Shown here: piece by piece, positions 25,838-36,487 of the stretch | Numbering within the stretch: position 1 is the stretch's first letter | How the letters are laid out: each line of letters begins with the position of its first letter | From: Trueperaceae bacterium | Lineage (GTDB): Bacteria; Deinococcota; Deinococci; Deinococcales; Trueperaceae | Direction of reading: 5' to 3' | NCBI GenBank assembly: GCA_965214405.1 | Contig: OZ243956.1 | Span: forward strand, 2,368,001 to 2,432,000 | DNA length: 64,000 bases | The notes under the pieces: generated by a model | Seen by the model: the letters and a program-made list of their open reading frames with translations, nothing else | Told to the model about the DNA's origin: nothing | Database searches by the model: none | Program-made: the position numbers and the translations under genes

Positions 25838-28732
25838 TTAGAAGGTGACTTCGTACTGAATGCGGAAGGCTTGACCGCCGGTTTCGCCCACAACGCCGTC
25901 GGCGTTGGGCGTGGTGCTGGTGTAAGCACCGTAGGTGAACTCGAGGCCGTAATACTCCCAGCCGAGTTCGTAACCGCTGGCGGTCTGCGTGATGTCGTTG
26001 GGCTCGTCACCCTCGCGGATGTTGGTAGCCGAATCGTCATCAAAGCCGGGCGGATCAAAGTCGGTGGAGATGTTGGTGCCCGAGTAAACGCCGTAACGCA
26101 CGACGGCGACGCTGTTCTCGAACAAGAAGTCATTAAAGGCCACACCGATGGCGAACTGAAGCTCGTTGGCGGTGTAAGCAGCGTCGGCCGCGAAGGGCGT
26201 GCCCGCTACGTCAGCCGGATCAACGTCGGTGTGGCTGGTGGTGCGGAAGTTGATGTTGGCGATGAGGCTCGGCTGCAAGAAGAAGTCGAAAGGCTCGGTT
26301 TCCAAGCTCGTGCCGACCTTGAAGGTGGTGGTGTCGTCCGAAGCCGCCGCCGGGTCCGCGTCCGTTTCGACGTTGAGGTAGGGCGCAACGGTCAAGAAGC
26401 CGAAGTCAAACACGGTGTCAAAGTCTCCCGCTAAACCCGAGGAGGCCACGCCGCCCGCGAAGTTATACGTGAGGCTAAAGTTGACGCCGGGGAGAAATGC
26501 GTTTTCAGCTTCGCCGTCTTGACGGACGCCGATGCCAAAGCCCGTGGTGTAGTCCTCATTACGCTCGAGGGCACCCGGAATGTTGTTGACCGCGTCGCCG
26601 TTGACGACCGCCGAGTTGTAGAAGCCAAACACTTCGATGGCGCGGTAGACCACGACGCCAGCGCTCACGCCAAAGGCGAACACGTCGTCACCCGCGGCTA
26701 CGCTGTAGGAGTCGATAAAGCCTTCGACTCTGACAAAGAAGAGAGCCAGGGTTGCGTTTACGCCAAAGCCATTCTGGTCGAGGTCGTAGGGATAGGTGTC
26801 TTCGTCGTACTTGAGGCCCACCCAGTATTGCGGGATGGAGCGGTAGTTGGCCGACACGCTCTCCAGGAGAGGAATAGGCAGGGGATCGTCCGCGCCACCC
26901 GCCATCACCTCGACGTAGAAGAGCGAGGAGCCATCGACAGGTACAGTACAATCTGCGGGCAGAGGAACGGTGGTTATATCGTCGCCATCCACAGTTTCGA
27001 AGCAGCCGTCGGTGTCCTCAACATCCTCTACAGGAAACTGGATGCCAGCGTCCACCGAAGAGGTCGCAAACTCACCCGTGATCTCGAAGATGCCGAGGTT
27101 GATGTTACCATCGAGGCCGAACACCGTGATGCCCAGGTTGTTATTCGCGGCGTCTGCATTGTCACCCGCGTTGCCGGTGAGTTGCGCAATCGAGAAGCCG
27201 CCGCTCACGCCCTCAAAGGGGCTTAGAGTACCGCGAATCGCGCGGTAGTAGGCGTTGGCAAAAGGACCCGCGCTGTCTACAGGCAATTCGAAGTTGTCGT
27301 CTTCCGGCTTGTCCGAACCTTCTTCTTCGTACACGCCGTAGGCGAGGGTTAGCGTGGGCTGGAGGAACGCCAGGAAGTCGGGCGTGCCGACGAACGCCGC
27401 GAAGCCGGTGCCCAGGCTTTCAAACACGTAAGGCGTGAACTCGACATCGGGTTCCGCACCAAAGCGGAAGAGCAGGGGCTCAGCGCCGATGAGACCAAAG
27501 GTGGTATCAAAGCCGTCAATGGTGAAAACGTAGCCATCGAAGAGGTCGCCGTCTTCGTCGGTGAGGTCCACAGCCTGCTTGAGGTTGAGCGTGACGTTAC
27601 CCTCAAACGAGTTGAAAGCACCTACGAAGCCTTGCTCTCTTTCGGTCGCAAAGCCCAGGTTGAGCCTAAAGACTGGATCAAGGTTACCCGTGGTGTTGTC
27701 GATGTCCACGCGGTCCTGACGAACTTCACCGTCGTCTCTACCATCGTCGTCGCCGTTTTCGTCTTTAGTGCCTGAAGTAAAGTACGAATAGTTGTAACCG
27801 CTGTCGGTATTGAGCTGTACCCCGAACTCGCGGGTCTGCCCAACGCCGAAGATGCGGTCAACGTCGAACGCGATTTCCGCGCCGCTGAGGCGGCTGACGT
27901 TGTACTCGATGCCAATGGAGCCCGAGAAGGTGAGGGCTTGATCCTCGAGCGCACTCACGCGCGTTTCCAGATCGTCGATGCGGGCAAGCTGACCTTCCAA
28001 GGCCGCCACGCGGTCGCGCAGGGCGACCTGGTCGCGGCGCAAGAGGATGACGAACTCGCGGATGTTGGCGATGTCGCTCTCTAAGCCCGTGGTGTCGGTC
28101 GCGCCTAAGCCGAGGATGTCGTCGTTAAGAAGCGCCACGAGGCGGTTTAACGCGGCGATATCCGCGGTGTTCTGGTCGACCTGGGCTTGCAGCGCTTCAA
28201 CTGCGGCGAGCGCGTTGGCGGCCAACGCTTCAGCAGCGGCGGCGCGCGCCTGGGCGGTGTCGGCTGCGACGCGCAGAGAGTCGAGCTGGTTTTGCAGGTC
28301 CTGGAGCGCCTGGGCGTCCAGACCCCCGCCCGCGATAAGGTCTTCTAAGGCCTGAATGCGGTCCGTGTTCGAAGCAACGTTGTCTTGAATGGTGGCAACC
28401 TGGACGCCTTGCGCGGCCACGTCAGAAGCGAGCTCCTGAAGGGCGTTACGCAACGCCTCGAGGTCCTGCTGAGAAAGTGCGCTCGCCGCGTCGATGTCTT
28501 GGCGAACAACGTTGAGAAGGCGGTCCACGACGAGCGCGGCCTGGTAACGCGTAAAGCTCTCGTTACCGCGGAACGTGCCGTCGGGAAAGCCGATGACGAT
28601 GCCCAAGTCCGCGATGCGCGCGACCGCTTCGCTCGCCCAGTGCCCCGCCGGAATATCGGGGAACGAGGTATCTTGAGCCAAAGCGCCGCTCACAGTAAGC
28701 GCGGCTAGGACGGTGAAAAGAAATTTTTGCAT
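25838..28732 (-). CDS. slpA: S-layer/outer-membrane protein SlpA (SLH domain, coiled coil, beta-barrel)
   Basis: Signal peptide; SLH FPDIPAGHWA..GFPDGTFRG...TRYQAA; long coiled coil; acidic barrel ending YEVTF. Confidence 0.9.
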   Translation of the reverse strand: MQKFLFTVLAALTVSGALAQDTSFPDIPAGHWASEAVARIADLGIVIGFPDGTFRGNESFTRYQAALVVDRLLNVVRQDIDAASALSQQDLEALRNALQELASDVAAQGVQVATIQDNVASNTDRIQALEDLIAGGGLDAQALQDLQNQLDSLRVAADTAQARAAAAEALAANALAAVEALQAQVDQNTADIAALNRLVALLNDDILGLGATDTTGLESDIANIREFVILLRRDQVALRDRVAALEGQLARIDDLETRVSALEDQALTFSGSIGIEYNVSRLSGAEIAFDVDRIFGVGQTREFGVQLNTDSGYNYSYFTSGTKDENGDDDGRDDGEVRQDRVDIDNTTGNLDPVFRLNLGFATEREQGFVGAFNSFEGNVTLNLKQAVDLTDEDGDLFDGYVFTIDGFDTTFGLIGAEPLLFRFGAEPDVEFTPYVFESLGTGFAAFVGTPDFLAFLQPTLTLAYGVYEEEGSDKPEDDNFELPVDSAGPFANAYYRAIRGTLSPFEGVSGGFSIAQLTGNAGDNADAANNNLGITVFGLDGNINLGIFEITGEFATSSVDAGIQFPVEDVEDTDGCFETVDGDDITTVPLPADCTVPVDGSSLFYVEVMAGGADDPLPIPLLESVSANYRSIPQYWVGLKYDEDTYPYDLDQNGFGVNATLALFFVRVEGFIDSYSVAAGDDVFAFGVSAGVVVYRAIEVFGFYNSAVVNGDAVNNIPGALERNEDYTTGFGIGVRQDGEAENAFLPGVNFSLTYNFAGGVASSGLAGDFDTVFDFGFLTVAPYLNVETDADPAAASDDTTTFKVGTSLETEPFDFFLQPSLIANINFRTTSHTDVDPADVAGTPFAADAAYTANELQFAIGVAFNDFLFENSVAVVRYGVYSGTNISTDFDPPGFDDDSATNIREGDEPNDITQTASGYELGWEYYGLEFTYGAYTSTTPNADGVVGETGGQAFRIQYEVTF

Positions 28733-28921
28733 AGTTTACCCCTTGAACTTTAAAGTTGTGTGCGGCGGTAAACCCTTTGAAGAGACTAAATAACGCGAGT
28801 GACCGTGTTTCCTCACATCCTCGTCACTTTTAGATTTACCGAGACGTGCTCCCCGCCGGGCCGGTTCAAGTGGGTTCACCTCCTTCCGAGCGACCGTTTT
28901 GGGCTAGCAAATCCAATGCGA

Positions 28922-28950
28922 AGTATCGCATACCCGCTCCTTTATGTCAA
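28922..28950 (-). promoter_or_regulatory. slpA promoter implying a ~185-nt 5' UTR
   Basis: Minus strand TTGACA-17 bp-GATACT. Confidence 0.6.
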
Positions 28951-29131
28951 ATCTATGAAGCCAGCATGAGAAAACCTTCATTTGTCGGGGGAGAGGAACT
29001 CAACAAGTGCGAAAAACCTCACGCGCAGGACGCGCTTTAACGTACGGCTGCTAGGGCTCGAGCGCTGTACCAACCAAATCGAGAAACCGTACCCAGCAGA
29101 CGCCGCCGAAGATGACGTTAGAATAATCCCT

Positions 29132-29995
29132 ATGGCGCACATACGGGTTCCAGAAGCAGAAAGCGTGCTCGACAAAGAGTTCCGCGTCCTAGACCACGGC
29201 TTCGTCCGGTTAGTGGACTACTTAGGCGGCGACGCGCGCATCGTGCAGGCCGCGCGCGTGTCCTACGGCGAGGGCACTAAAACCCTGCGCGAAGACGGGG
29301 CGCTCATCGACTATCTGCTACGCAACAAGCACACCTCGCCCTTCGAGCAGGTAATCCTCACCTTCCACGTCAAGATGCCCATCTTCGTCGCGCGGCAGTG
29401 GATCAGGCACCGCACGGCGCGGCTCAACGAGATTTCGGGGCGCTACTCGGTCATGCGCGACGAGTTCTACCTGCCCAACCCGTCCGAAGTGCGCTACCAG
29501 TCGCGCCGCAACAAGCAGGGCCGCGGCGAAGAGGTGCCCGAGGCGCTGCGCGAGCGCGTGATTCGCCTCTTGCAAGAGGAGGCGCGGCGCGCGTACGCGA
29601 ATTATGAAGACCTGTTGGAGGAGGGGGTGGCAAGGGAGCTTGCCCGCATCAACCTTCCCCTAAGCCTCTACACCGAGCTGTACTGGCAAATCGACCTCAA
29701 CAACCTCTTCCACTTCCTGCGTCTGCGCTTAGATTGGCACGCCCAGTACGAGATTCGCGTTTATGGTGATGTGATGGCTAGGCTCGCGCGGGCGGTCGCG
29801 CCGAGAGCTTTTGAGGCGTTTGAGGAGCACATGCTTTATGGGGGGGCGTTCTCGAGGAGCGAACTTGACATTCTACGTAGCGCCCTCGACCAAGCCAAGC
29901 TTAATAGAGCCTTGGAAGGGATGCGCGGGTCGAAGCGAGAGGAATTTCTGGGCAAGTTAGGGTTAGAAGCCAATACAGTTGAAGAAAAAGTTTAG
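29132..29995 (+). CDS. thyX: FAD-dependent thymidylate synthase
   Basis: HTSPFEQ, RQWIRHR..RLNEISGRYS, RELAR..LP, HAQYEIR. Confidence 0.96.
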   Translation: MAHIRVPEAESVLDKEFRVLDHGFVRLVDYLGGDARIVQAARVSYGEGTKTLREDGALIDYLLRNKHTSPFEQVILTFHVKMPIFVARQWIRHRTARLNEISGRYSVMRDEFYLPNPSEVRYQSRRNKQGRGEEVPEALRERVIRLLQEEARRAYANYEDLLEEGVARELARINLPLSLYTELYWQIDLNNLFHFLRLRLDWHAQYEIRVYGDVMARLARAVAPRAFEAFEEHMLYGGAFSRSELDILRSALDQAKLNRALEGMRGSKREEFLGKLGLEANTVEEKV

Positions 29996-30202
29996 ATAGA
30001 CTCGAGACGTTAGGAGGAAAAGTGTAGACATAAAGATGAGCGGTCTCCCCTGCGCCAACAGGCGAAACCGCCCGACAATACCGCGGCGTAAACCACGACT
30101 GAAAACTCAGCAATTCAGTCTAGCAAATTGGGACAAGGCAGAGTCCCAAATAGGAGGTTTACGCGTCAGGGAAGAGTTCTGCAACAGCTAAAAGGAACCA
30201 AC

Positions 30203-30370
30203 TTGAAGAAAGAGCTAGTAAAGACATTAGGTAAACATCTTCCTCAATGGTTTTGGTATCTCCTTGGGAGTCTTCTTCTCATAGGTGTCGCAGTAGCTGT
30301 AATTTTTCTCGCCATTTCATTGTGGCTAAATAGCATCAGGCACTTCCTCACAGTTGTACCGAATCTATGA
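30203..30370 (+). CDS. Possible small single-TM protein in an AT-rich patch
   Basis: AAGGA then TTG; K-rich N-terminus and one hydrophobic helix. Confidence 0.35.
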   Translation: MKKELVKTLGKHLPQWFWYLLGSLLLIGVAVAVIFLAISLWLNSIRHFLTVVPNL

Positions 30371-30425
30371 ATCTTGCTAACTACGGAGGAGTTCCAAACA
30401 CAATCTCCGTGACATACTCACTACT

Positions 30426-30884
30426 ATGCGCTACCAAATTCTCGCCATCGGCGCGCTCAAGCGCGGGTTCTACCGCGATGGCGTCGCGTTTTACGCCAAG
30501 CGCTTGGGAATTTACGCCAAACTCGAGGTGCGCGAACTCCGCGAAGGGCGCGGGAGCGACGCGGAAAGCGTCAAGGCGCAGGAGAGCGAGGCGCTGCTTA
30601 GGAGCGCGCAGGGCTACCTCATCGGGTTGGACGAACACGGGGAGATGCTGGACTCGAGGACTTTTGCAGAACGTATCACCGCGCTAGAAATCCGCGGCGT
30701 GAGCGGAGTGAGCCTCCTCATCGGCGGCGCGGCGGGGCACAGCGAGGCGCTAAAAGAAAGGGTGGACGCCTCCTGGAGCCTATCCAAACTCACGCTGCCG
30801 CACGAACTGGCGCGGCTCGTGCTGCTCGAAAGCCTCTACCGCGCCGAGACGATTCGGGCGGGGCATCCTTATCACCGGGAGTAA
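30426..30884 (+). CDS. rlmH: 23S rRNA pseudouridine1915 N3-methyltransferase
   Basis: IGGAAG, SLSKLTLPH.LAR..L.E.LYRA..I..GHPYHRE. Confidence 0.95.
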   Translation: MRYQILAIGALKRGFYRDGVAFYAKRLGIYAKLEVRELREGRGSDAESVKAQESEALLRSAQGYLIGLDEHGEMLDSRTFAERITALEIRGVSGVSLLIGGAAGHSEALKERVDASWSLSKLTLPHELARLVLLESLYRAETIRAGHPYHRE

Positions 30885-30920
30885 AGGAGAGGGAATGAGC
30901 GTTTGGCGTAGGACGAAGGC

Positions 30921-31430
30921 ATGAACGTGTTGGCTGTAGGCGAGCGTGCGCCGGATTTTCGCGCCCAGACTCGAGCGGGTGTGGAGGTGGAACTTCTCAG
31001 CCTCTTAAAGAGTGCGCCCGTTGTGCTCTGTTTTGGGATGCCGCAGATACACTCGAGCCGCCTGGTCGTAGGCTACTTGCGCCGCCTCAAGGAGTACACG
31101 CCCGAGCTTCACATCATCGTCATATTACAAGGTGAGGCCGAGCGGGTTGAGAGTTACGCGGCGGGTTATCTCGACGCGCTGCACGTCGTTTTTGACAAAG
31201 ACCTCTCGCTCAGCAGGCGCTACGGCGTGACGCACGTACCGAGCACCTATTACCTCGTGATGCGTGACGGTGAAGCGGTAGTTGAGGCGTCTTTTACGGG
31301 TTTTCTTCGCCCCGCTATGAATGGCCTTGCCGCCGACACCGCGGAGAGAACGGGAGCCAAGGTGAGGGAACTTATCACGCCACTCGACAACAAAGGCGAA
31401 TACGAACTCGCTGAGCGGGCGCTGTCCTAA
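30921..31430 (+). CDS. AhpC/TSA (redoxin) fold protein lacking CxxC
   Basis: VGERAPDF, D....SRRYGV..VPSTY. Confidence 0.7.
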   Translation: MNVLAVGERAPDFRAQTRAGVEVELLSLLKSAPVVLCFGMPQIHSSRLVVGYLRRLKEYTPELHIIVILQGEAERVESYAAGYLDALHVVFDKDLSLSRRYGVTHVPSTYYLVMRDGEAVVEASFTGFLRPAMNGLAADTAERTGAKVRELITPLDNKGEYELAERALS

Positions 31431-31451
31431 TTTTCTAAATTAAGCTTGTTT

Positions 31452-32066
31452 TCAAGCAGGTTTGAGCGCGGCGTAGAGGCTCAAGAGGTCGCCAGAGAAC
31501 GCCTCGAGCACGTCCAGCTTTATGGGCACCTCGCGGCGCGCCCTGGCGGAGAGGAAGAGGTGCCGCTCGCCCAAGCGCAACGTCGGCGCGGCTTCGCGCG
31601 TGCAAAGGGTGCGCCGGAGCAGCGCGCGGACCTCCGGGGTGAGGAGCTTTTGCACCTCCGCCTCGTCTCTCGCGTAGACCGTCACCGCTTCGTTAAATGT
31701 GGGGTCGTCCGGCACCCTTACGGGCGCGCCGCCCGCCGCCGACGCGCCGAGGGACTCGAGCACCGCGTGGGGTTTGCGTGAGGCCTTGAAAGACGCGGTG
31801 CCAAAGGGCGTCCGGGTGGTGATCAAGCAAGCGCTGGTGGTGTATGGCAAACCGCCCACGGGTTCCTCGTAGTCAAACATCAGCAGCCGCTCAGCCTCGC
31901 CCAAGGTCAGAAAGTAGATGGGGCCGAAACGGACGCGTTTGTCTAAACTGAGGAGCGTGCGCAGCATCCGCTCGGCGTCGGACGCGTCGAGCAGGCCCAG
32001 CCGCCCGGCAAGCGCGCGCCAGGCGTCGGCTCGAGGTTTTTTGGGGGCGGGGCGGCGGAAGAACAC
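31452..32066 (-). CDS. Hypothetical protein
   Basis: 204-aa ORF filling the gap, host-like codon use. Confidence 0.6.
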   Translation of the reverse strand: MFFRRPAPKKPRADAWRALAGRLGLLDASDAERMLRTLLSLDKRVRFGPIYFLTLGEAERLLMFDYEEPVGGLPYTTSACLITTRTPFGTASFKASRKPHAVLESLGASAAGGAPVRVPDDPTFNEAVTVYARDEAEVQKLLTPEVRALLRRTLCTREAAPTLRLGERHLFLSARARREVPIKLDVLEAFSGDLLSLYAALKPA

Positions 32067-32230
32067 AGGTTAGATTTGGCTCACGTTGCGCGGACGCTGC
32101 CGTCAGCTTGGAAAGTGGTGAGTGATGAGTGAAAAGCGGTGAGTAAAGTCAAAAGCCCGTTCTCCCTTGCTCCCTCTCTCCTCTACTCATACTCAAAAAT
32201 GGTGCGCTTATAAAATTCGCACGAGCGAGA

Positions 32231-32647
32231 TCAGATGTTAAAGCCGAACATCCGCATCTGCTTTTTGCCGTCGTCCGACATTTTAGAGGGCGTCCAGGGG
32301 GGCGACCAGACGAACTCGACGTTGACCTTTTTCACGCCGTCGACTTTCATACAGGCGAGTTCGGCGTCGGCCTGAATCATGTCCTGGACGGGACAACCCA
32401 TGCTGGTCAGGGTCATCTCGATATCAACCTCGCCCCCACCTTTGACGGTGAGTTCGTAGATGAGACCCAAGTCGACGATGTTAACCGGGATTTCGGGGTC
32501 CTTAACGACCTTGAGCGCTTCTAGAAGTTCCTCGCGGCTCGGTTGTGCAGTGGTATCCGCAGTAGTATCCATAGTGACATCCGCAGTGGCTTCCGCTTCG
32601 TTTTCGGTTTTAGTTTCGGTTTGTGCTGTGTCCTGGGTCATGGTCAT
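32231..32647 (-). CDS. Metal-sulfur cluster assembly factor (DUF59/SufT-like)
   Basis: DPEIPVNIVDLGLIY, MTLTSMGCP, WSPPWTP. Confidence 0.9.
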   Translation of the reverse strand: MTMTQDTAQTETKTENEAEATADVTMDTTADTTAQPSREELLEALKVVKDPEIPVNIVDLGLIYELTVKGGGEVDIEMTLTSMGCPVQDMIQADAELACMKVDGVKKVNVEFVWSPPWTPSKMSDDGKKQMRMFGFNI

Positions 32648-32742
32648 CCTCTCAGGCTTGCTTACGTCTATCTAAACTACCAAACTTTAGAGGAGGACGC
32701 CGTAATCTCTAGCGTTTACAGCTTTGGATTAACAACCCCGCT

Positions 32743-33804
32743 CTACCAGTCCGCGTACCTGTCTCTATGCACGACAAAGGCGATGGAGAGCGCGACGAGC
32801 GTGGAAAGCAGACTCGTCCCACCGTAAGACACCAGCGGGAGCGTGATGCCCGTGACCGGGGCCAGCCCCAGCGTCACGCCGACGTTGACCACGACCTGAA
32901 AGCCGATGAGAGACACCACCCCGACGATGAGCAGTTGGTCACGCTCTAGAGGGCACTCCACGGCCATCGCCACGAGCCGCCAAAAGAGCAGACCGTAAAG
33001 AACGAGCAGCCCCGCCGCCGCCACAAAGCCGCCCTCTTCGGCTAAGGGCGCGAGGATAAAGTCGGTCTGGCGGTAGGGGATGAAACCATATTGCGTCTGG
33101 GTACCCCTTTTGTAGCCCTTGCCCAACAGCCCGCCCGAGCCGATGGCGATGCGCGACTGAATCACCTGGTAGCCGCTCCCCTTGGGGTCGGCGGCAGGGT
33201 TCATAAACGAGGTTAAGCGCGTTTTCTGGTGGGGCTCGAGGTTGGGCCACACCACAGTGGGCACCGCGATAACAAACACGAGCAAAAAAAGCAGCAGGTG
33301 GAGCCGCGGGACGCCCCGCACCAGCAACACCCCCCCACCCACGGCGGCAATGACGAGCGCGCTCCCCAAATCCGGCTCGATAAACACAAGCCCGAAGGGC
33401 AAGCCCACGAGCAACGCGGACCATAGATAAGCGCTAAGGCCGCGCAAAGGACGCTCGTGCAACACAATCGCCAAACTCAAAATCACCGCGATTTTAGCCA
33501 GTTCGGAGGGCTGAAATCCGGGCAGCGGCCCCAAATAGAGCCACGATTTAGCGCCGTTCACTTCAGTGCCGAAAAACTGCGTTACAACGAGCAGGGAGAG
33601 CGAGAGAAGGTAAACTGGCCCCGCCGCCCGCACGATGCGCCGCCGCCCGAGCCAGAACACCGCGCCGCAGGCAAAGAGCGCGAAACCCAGAAAAGCTACC
33701 TGCCGGGTAAACTCGTTTGTGGGCGCGGCGGTCGAAAGCGTGAGGAGCCCCACGCCCACGAGCAGGGCAGTGACGACGGGTAAACCTATTTCGGACCGAA
33801 TCAC
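32743..33804 (-). CDS. rodA: SEDS peptidoglycan polymerase RodA
   Basis: GAKSW, FQPSE.AK, EPDLG, GYQ..QS.IAIGSGG, TDFI, TGITLP.VSYGGTS. Confidence 0.9.
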   Translation of the reverse strand: MIRSEIGLPVVTALLVGVGLLTLSTAAPTNEFTRQVAFLGFALFACGAVFWLGRRRIVRAAGPVYLLSLSLLVVTQFFGTEVNGAKSWLYLGPLPGFQPSELAKIAVILSLAIVLHERPLRGLSAYLWSALLVGLPFGLVFIEPDLGSALVIAAVGGGVLLVRGVPRLHLLLFLLVFVIAVPTVVWPNLEPHQKTRLTSFMNPAADPKGSGYQVIQSRIAIGSGGLLGKGYKRGTQTQYGFIPYRQTDFILAPLAEEGGFVAAAGLLVLYGLLFWRLVAMAVECPLERDQLLIVGVVSLIGFQVVVNVGVTLGLAPVTGITLPLVSYGGTSLLSTLVALSIAFVVHRDRYADW

Positions 33805-34001
33805 TTAGCGAACTCCTCTCAGTCGGCCTTTAGGCTACCAAGCCTGACGGCGCGGGTAATGAAATGCTTCACCTCGAGAGAACCCCAACGGCTCAGTCAA
33901 CGCACCCTTCCTTCACAGGTGAGTAGCAAAAATGAGCTCTTGACTCTTCTCTCCAGTAAACACTCATCACTAACCGCTTTCACAATGTGAAATAATGACC
34001 C

Positions 34002-34592
34002 ATGTCCCACCCCAACCGCACCGTCTGGCTTCTCCTCCTCACACTCCCCCTGCTCCTAGCCACACGCTACGCGGTCACGCTGACGCCAGAGAGCACGGTG
34101 ACGTACCAGGCTATGGATTCGCGGGACAGTTGGACAGGGCAGGCACCGGTTGAGAGTCTAAACCTTATATTTGACGACGCGAACCTGCGAAATTCGGCGC
34201 TCGAGATTTCTGTCAACCCCGGAAAGTTTGATTCCGGCAACTTTATAAGAGACGCCAACGCGCGGCGCGCCGTGTTCGAGACCAGCGCGTACCCAGAGAT
34301 TTCTTTTGTGGCGACGGGACTGCGCACCAATCCCATCACCCTCCCTGCGACCCTGCCAGTAGGCACCACGCGCACTATAGTCTTAGCGGGCACCCTGACC
34401 ATGCACGGCGTGTCGCGGCCCCTCGAGCTGCCCGTAAGCGTCGAGCGAACCGGGGGGAGTCTTCGCGCGACAGGCTCCTTCAAGGTGCGCTTGAGCGACT
34501 ATGACATGACGCGCCCCGACCTGTTTGGTATCAAGGTCAACGACGAGGTCAGCATTTCCTTTGATGTGGTGGGCGCGCTCGAGACGCCCTAA
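34002..34592 (+). CDS. YceI family protein
   Basis: SGN..RD, F.T..YP.I.F, G.LT.HGV.RP, ..SDY.M..P. Confidence 0.85.
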   Translation: MSHPNRTVWLLLLTLPLLLATRYAVTLTPESTVTYQAMDSRDSWTGQAPVESLNLIFDDANLRNSALEISVNPGKFDSGNFIRDANARRAVFETSAYPEISFVATGLRTNPITLPATLPVGTTRTIVLAGTLTMHGVSRPLELPVSVERTGGSLRATGSFKVRLSDYDMTRPDLFGIKVNDEVSISFDVVGALETP

Positions 34593-36487
34593 ACTCGCGC
34601 CCGCCCCCGCGTTCCCCGCGCCCACACCACCCACTCGGCCACCAAAAAGAGGAGCGCGGCGAGCACGAGCCAGAACGCCAGTCCCCGCTGCCGCCTGCTG
34701 GTTGTGGCCCCCGCCGGGTTCGCTGACGTGGTCGCGTCCACCGCCGCCGTCGCCCCGGTGGGCAGCCGCGACTCCTCGGCGCTTAAGAGGCTCGAGGTGT
34801 AGGTTCTTTCATTTGCGCCGTCGCCCACCGTGTACACACCCGGCACCACCGCGCGGCGCAACCCGGTGGGCTGACCGTTGAGCGTCACCGTTCCTTCGGG
34901 AAGGGGGCTGCCGAGGGTGAGGTTGTCATCACCGCGAAAGGCGTCCATAACGTTGGCGACGAGGATGGGAAAGGCGGGGCGGCTCGTCATGTCGGTCTGG
35001 GAGGGATGAAAGCGGGCGACGACGACGTCTAGGTTGGGTTGCTCGAGCCGCAATATGGCGGGCTCGAGCGCGTCCGTTTGCGCCAGCACCTCCCAGGCAC
35101 CCTCGGGCCAGGCATTTGCAGACGTATTTGCAGACGTATTTGCAGACGCATTTATGGATGTATTTTCAGACGGTGCGCCTCCCGATTCACCGCCCCCGCT
35201 GCCCCCGTTAGGGTCGGGTGGGGCCATATCCGGATTCAGACCCACCTGCGTCTCGGTCAGGTCCACGAAACGGAAGAGCGGGTCGCCGCGGTTCCAGTCC
35301 CGAATCGTCCCGTAGACGGCGTCCGGGCTGGGCGGCGCGAACACCAAGTAGCGGCCTGAGGCTGTGCCCGCCGCCACCACCGCGGCGAATCCCGCCGGGA
35401 AGCCGCTCGTCAGCACCTCCACGTCGGCGTTTCCGGGCGAGGGCGCGGAGGAAACGCGCCAGTTCAGCCCCGGCACCACGCCCAGCGCGCGCTCGACGGG
35501 CGGCGAGGGCGGGCTCAGCACCGCCCGGAGCGCGCGGGAACCTACGTAGGCGTCATCGTCGAGGGCAAGCGCGTCTGAGGGCGGGACGTTGATGTGCGCG
35601 TGATAAACATCATCCCTGGGCGTGGCGCTCGAGCCCGTGTCCACCGGAAAGGCGGCGTTGGCCTGACCCTCACGGGGCACGAGCAGCGTCGTCCGCATCG
35701 CGGGGGCGTCTCCCCTGGCGACCTCGAGTTCCACTTCCTGCGGACGCGGCGCGTTGCTCACGACCGAGACAAAGGCCTGCCCGCCCCGCAGGTCAAAGGC
35801 GCTGATGCCCAGGTTCTGCGCGCCGCTCGCGGTGGCTCCCGCCGTGTTTCCCAGACTATCTCCCACGCCGTGAAGCGTCACCCCCTGCCCTGTTGAGTTG
35901 GCCGTCGCAATCTGCGACTCGAGATGAGGCGGCACATCGTCGGTAAAAAGATGCACCTCAGCGCCCGGCGCGACCGCGCGGGCGAGCGCGACGGCGCGGG
36001 AGAGGTCGGCGGAGGCGTCGGCGGCCTCTATAACGCCTAACGCCTCGCGCAGTGCGCCCCGGTCTTCGGTCAGCGGAAGTGCCACCGTCGCGCCGAGTCC
36101 GGCCCGCACCACCGCCACCCGGCCCGACGTGCCAAGGAGCGCGTCGGCTTCGCCTAAGGCCTCCTCGAGCCTCGTCCCGCCACCCTCCCGCGCTGCCATA
36201 CTCGCCGACGCGTCGATGACAAACACCCGGTCGGGCGCGCTCCGCAGCGTTAGGGCGGGTTGCGCGAGCGCGAGCGCCGCGAGCGTCACAAAAACGAGCT
36301 GCAACAAGAGCAGCAGCGTGGGCGAAAAGCGCCGCCGCCGCTGCGCCAGCTCCTGCGCCCGCCGCCAAAGGAAGAGCGCCGACACCTCATAGCGTTTTTT
36401 ACGCGCGCGCACGAAGTGAAGCGCAACCACCAGCGGGAGCGCCGCTAACGCCCACAAAAACTGGGGGGCCAGAAAGCTTAGTGACAT
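34589..36487 (-). CDS. BatA/vWA domain membrane-anchored protein
   Basis: N-terminal BatA motif (FL.P..LW.L..LP....LHF), DASASM MIDAS, C-terminal TM. Confidence 0.85.
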   Translation of the reverse strand: MSLSFLAPQFLWALAALPLVVALHFVRARKKRYEVSALFLWRRAQELAQRRRRFSPTLLLLLQLVFVTLAALALAQPALTLRSAPDRVFVIDASASMAAREGGGTRLEEALGEADALLGTSGRVAVVRAGLGATVALPLTEDRGALREALGVIEAADASADLSRAVALARAVAPGAEVHLFTDDVPPHLESQIATANSTGQGVTLHGVGDSLGNTAGATASGAQNLGISAFDLRGGQAFVSVVSNAPRPQEVELEVARGDAPAMRTTLLVPREGQANAAFPVDTGSSATPRDDVYHAHINVPPSDALALDDDAYVGSRALRAVLSPPSPPVERALGVVPGLNWRVSSAPSPGNADVEVLTSGFPAGFAAVVAAGTASGRYLVFAPPSPDAVYGTIRDWNRGDPLFRFVDLTETQVGLNPDMAPPDPNGGSGGGESGGAPSENTSINASANTSANTSANAWPEGAWEVLAQTDALEPAILRLEQPNLDVVVARFHPSQTDMTSRPAFPILVANVMDAFRGDDNLTLGSPLPEGTVTLNGQPTGLRRAVVPGVYTVGDGANERTYTSSLLSAEESRLPTGATAAVDATTSANPAGATTSRRQRGLAFWLVLAALLFLVAEWVVWARGTRGRARV

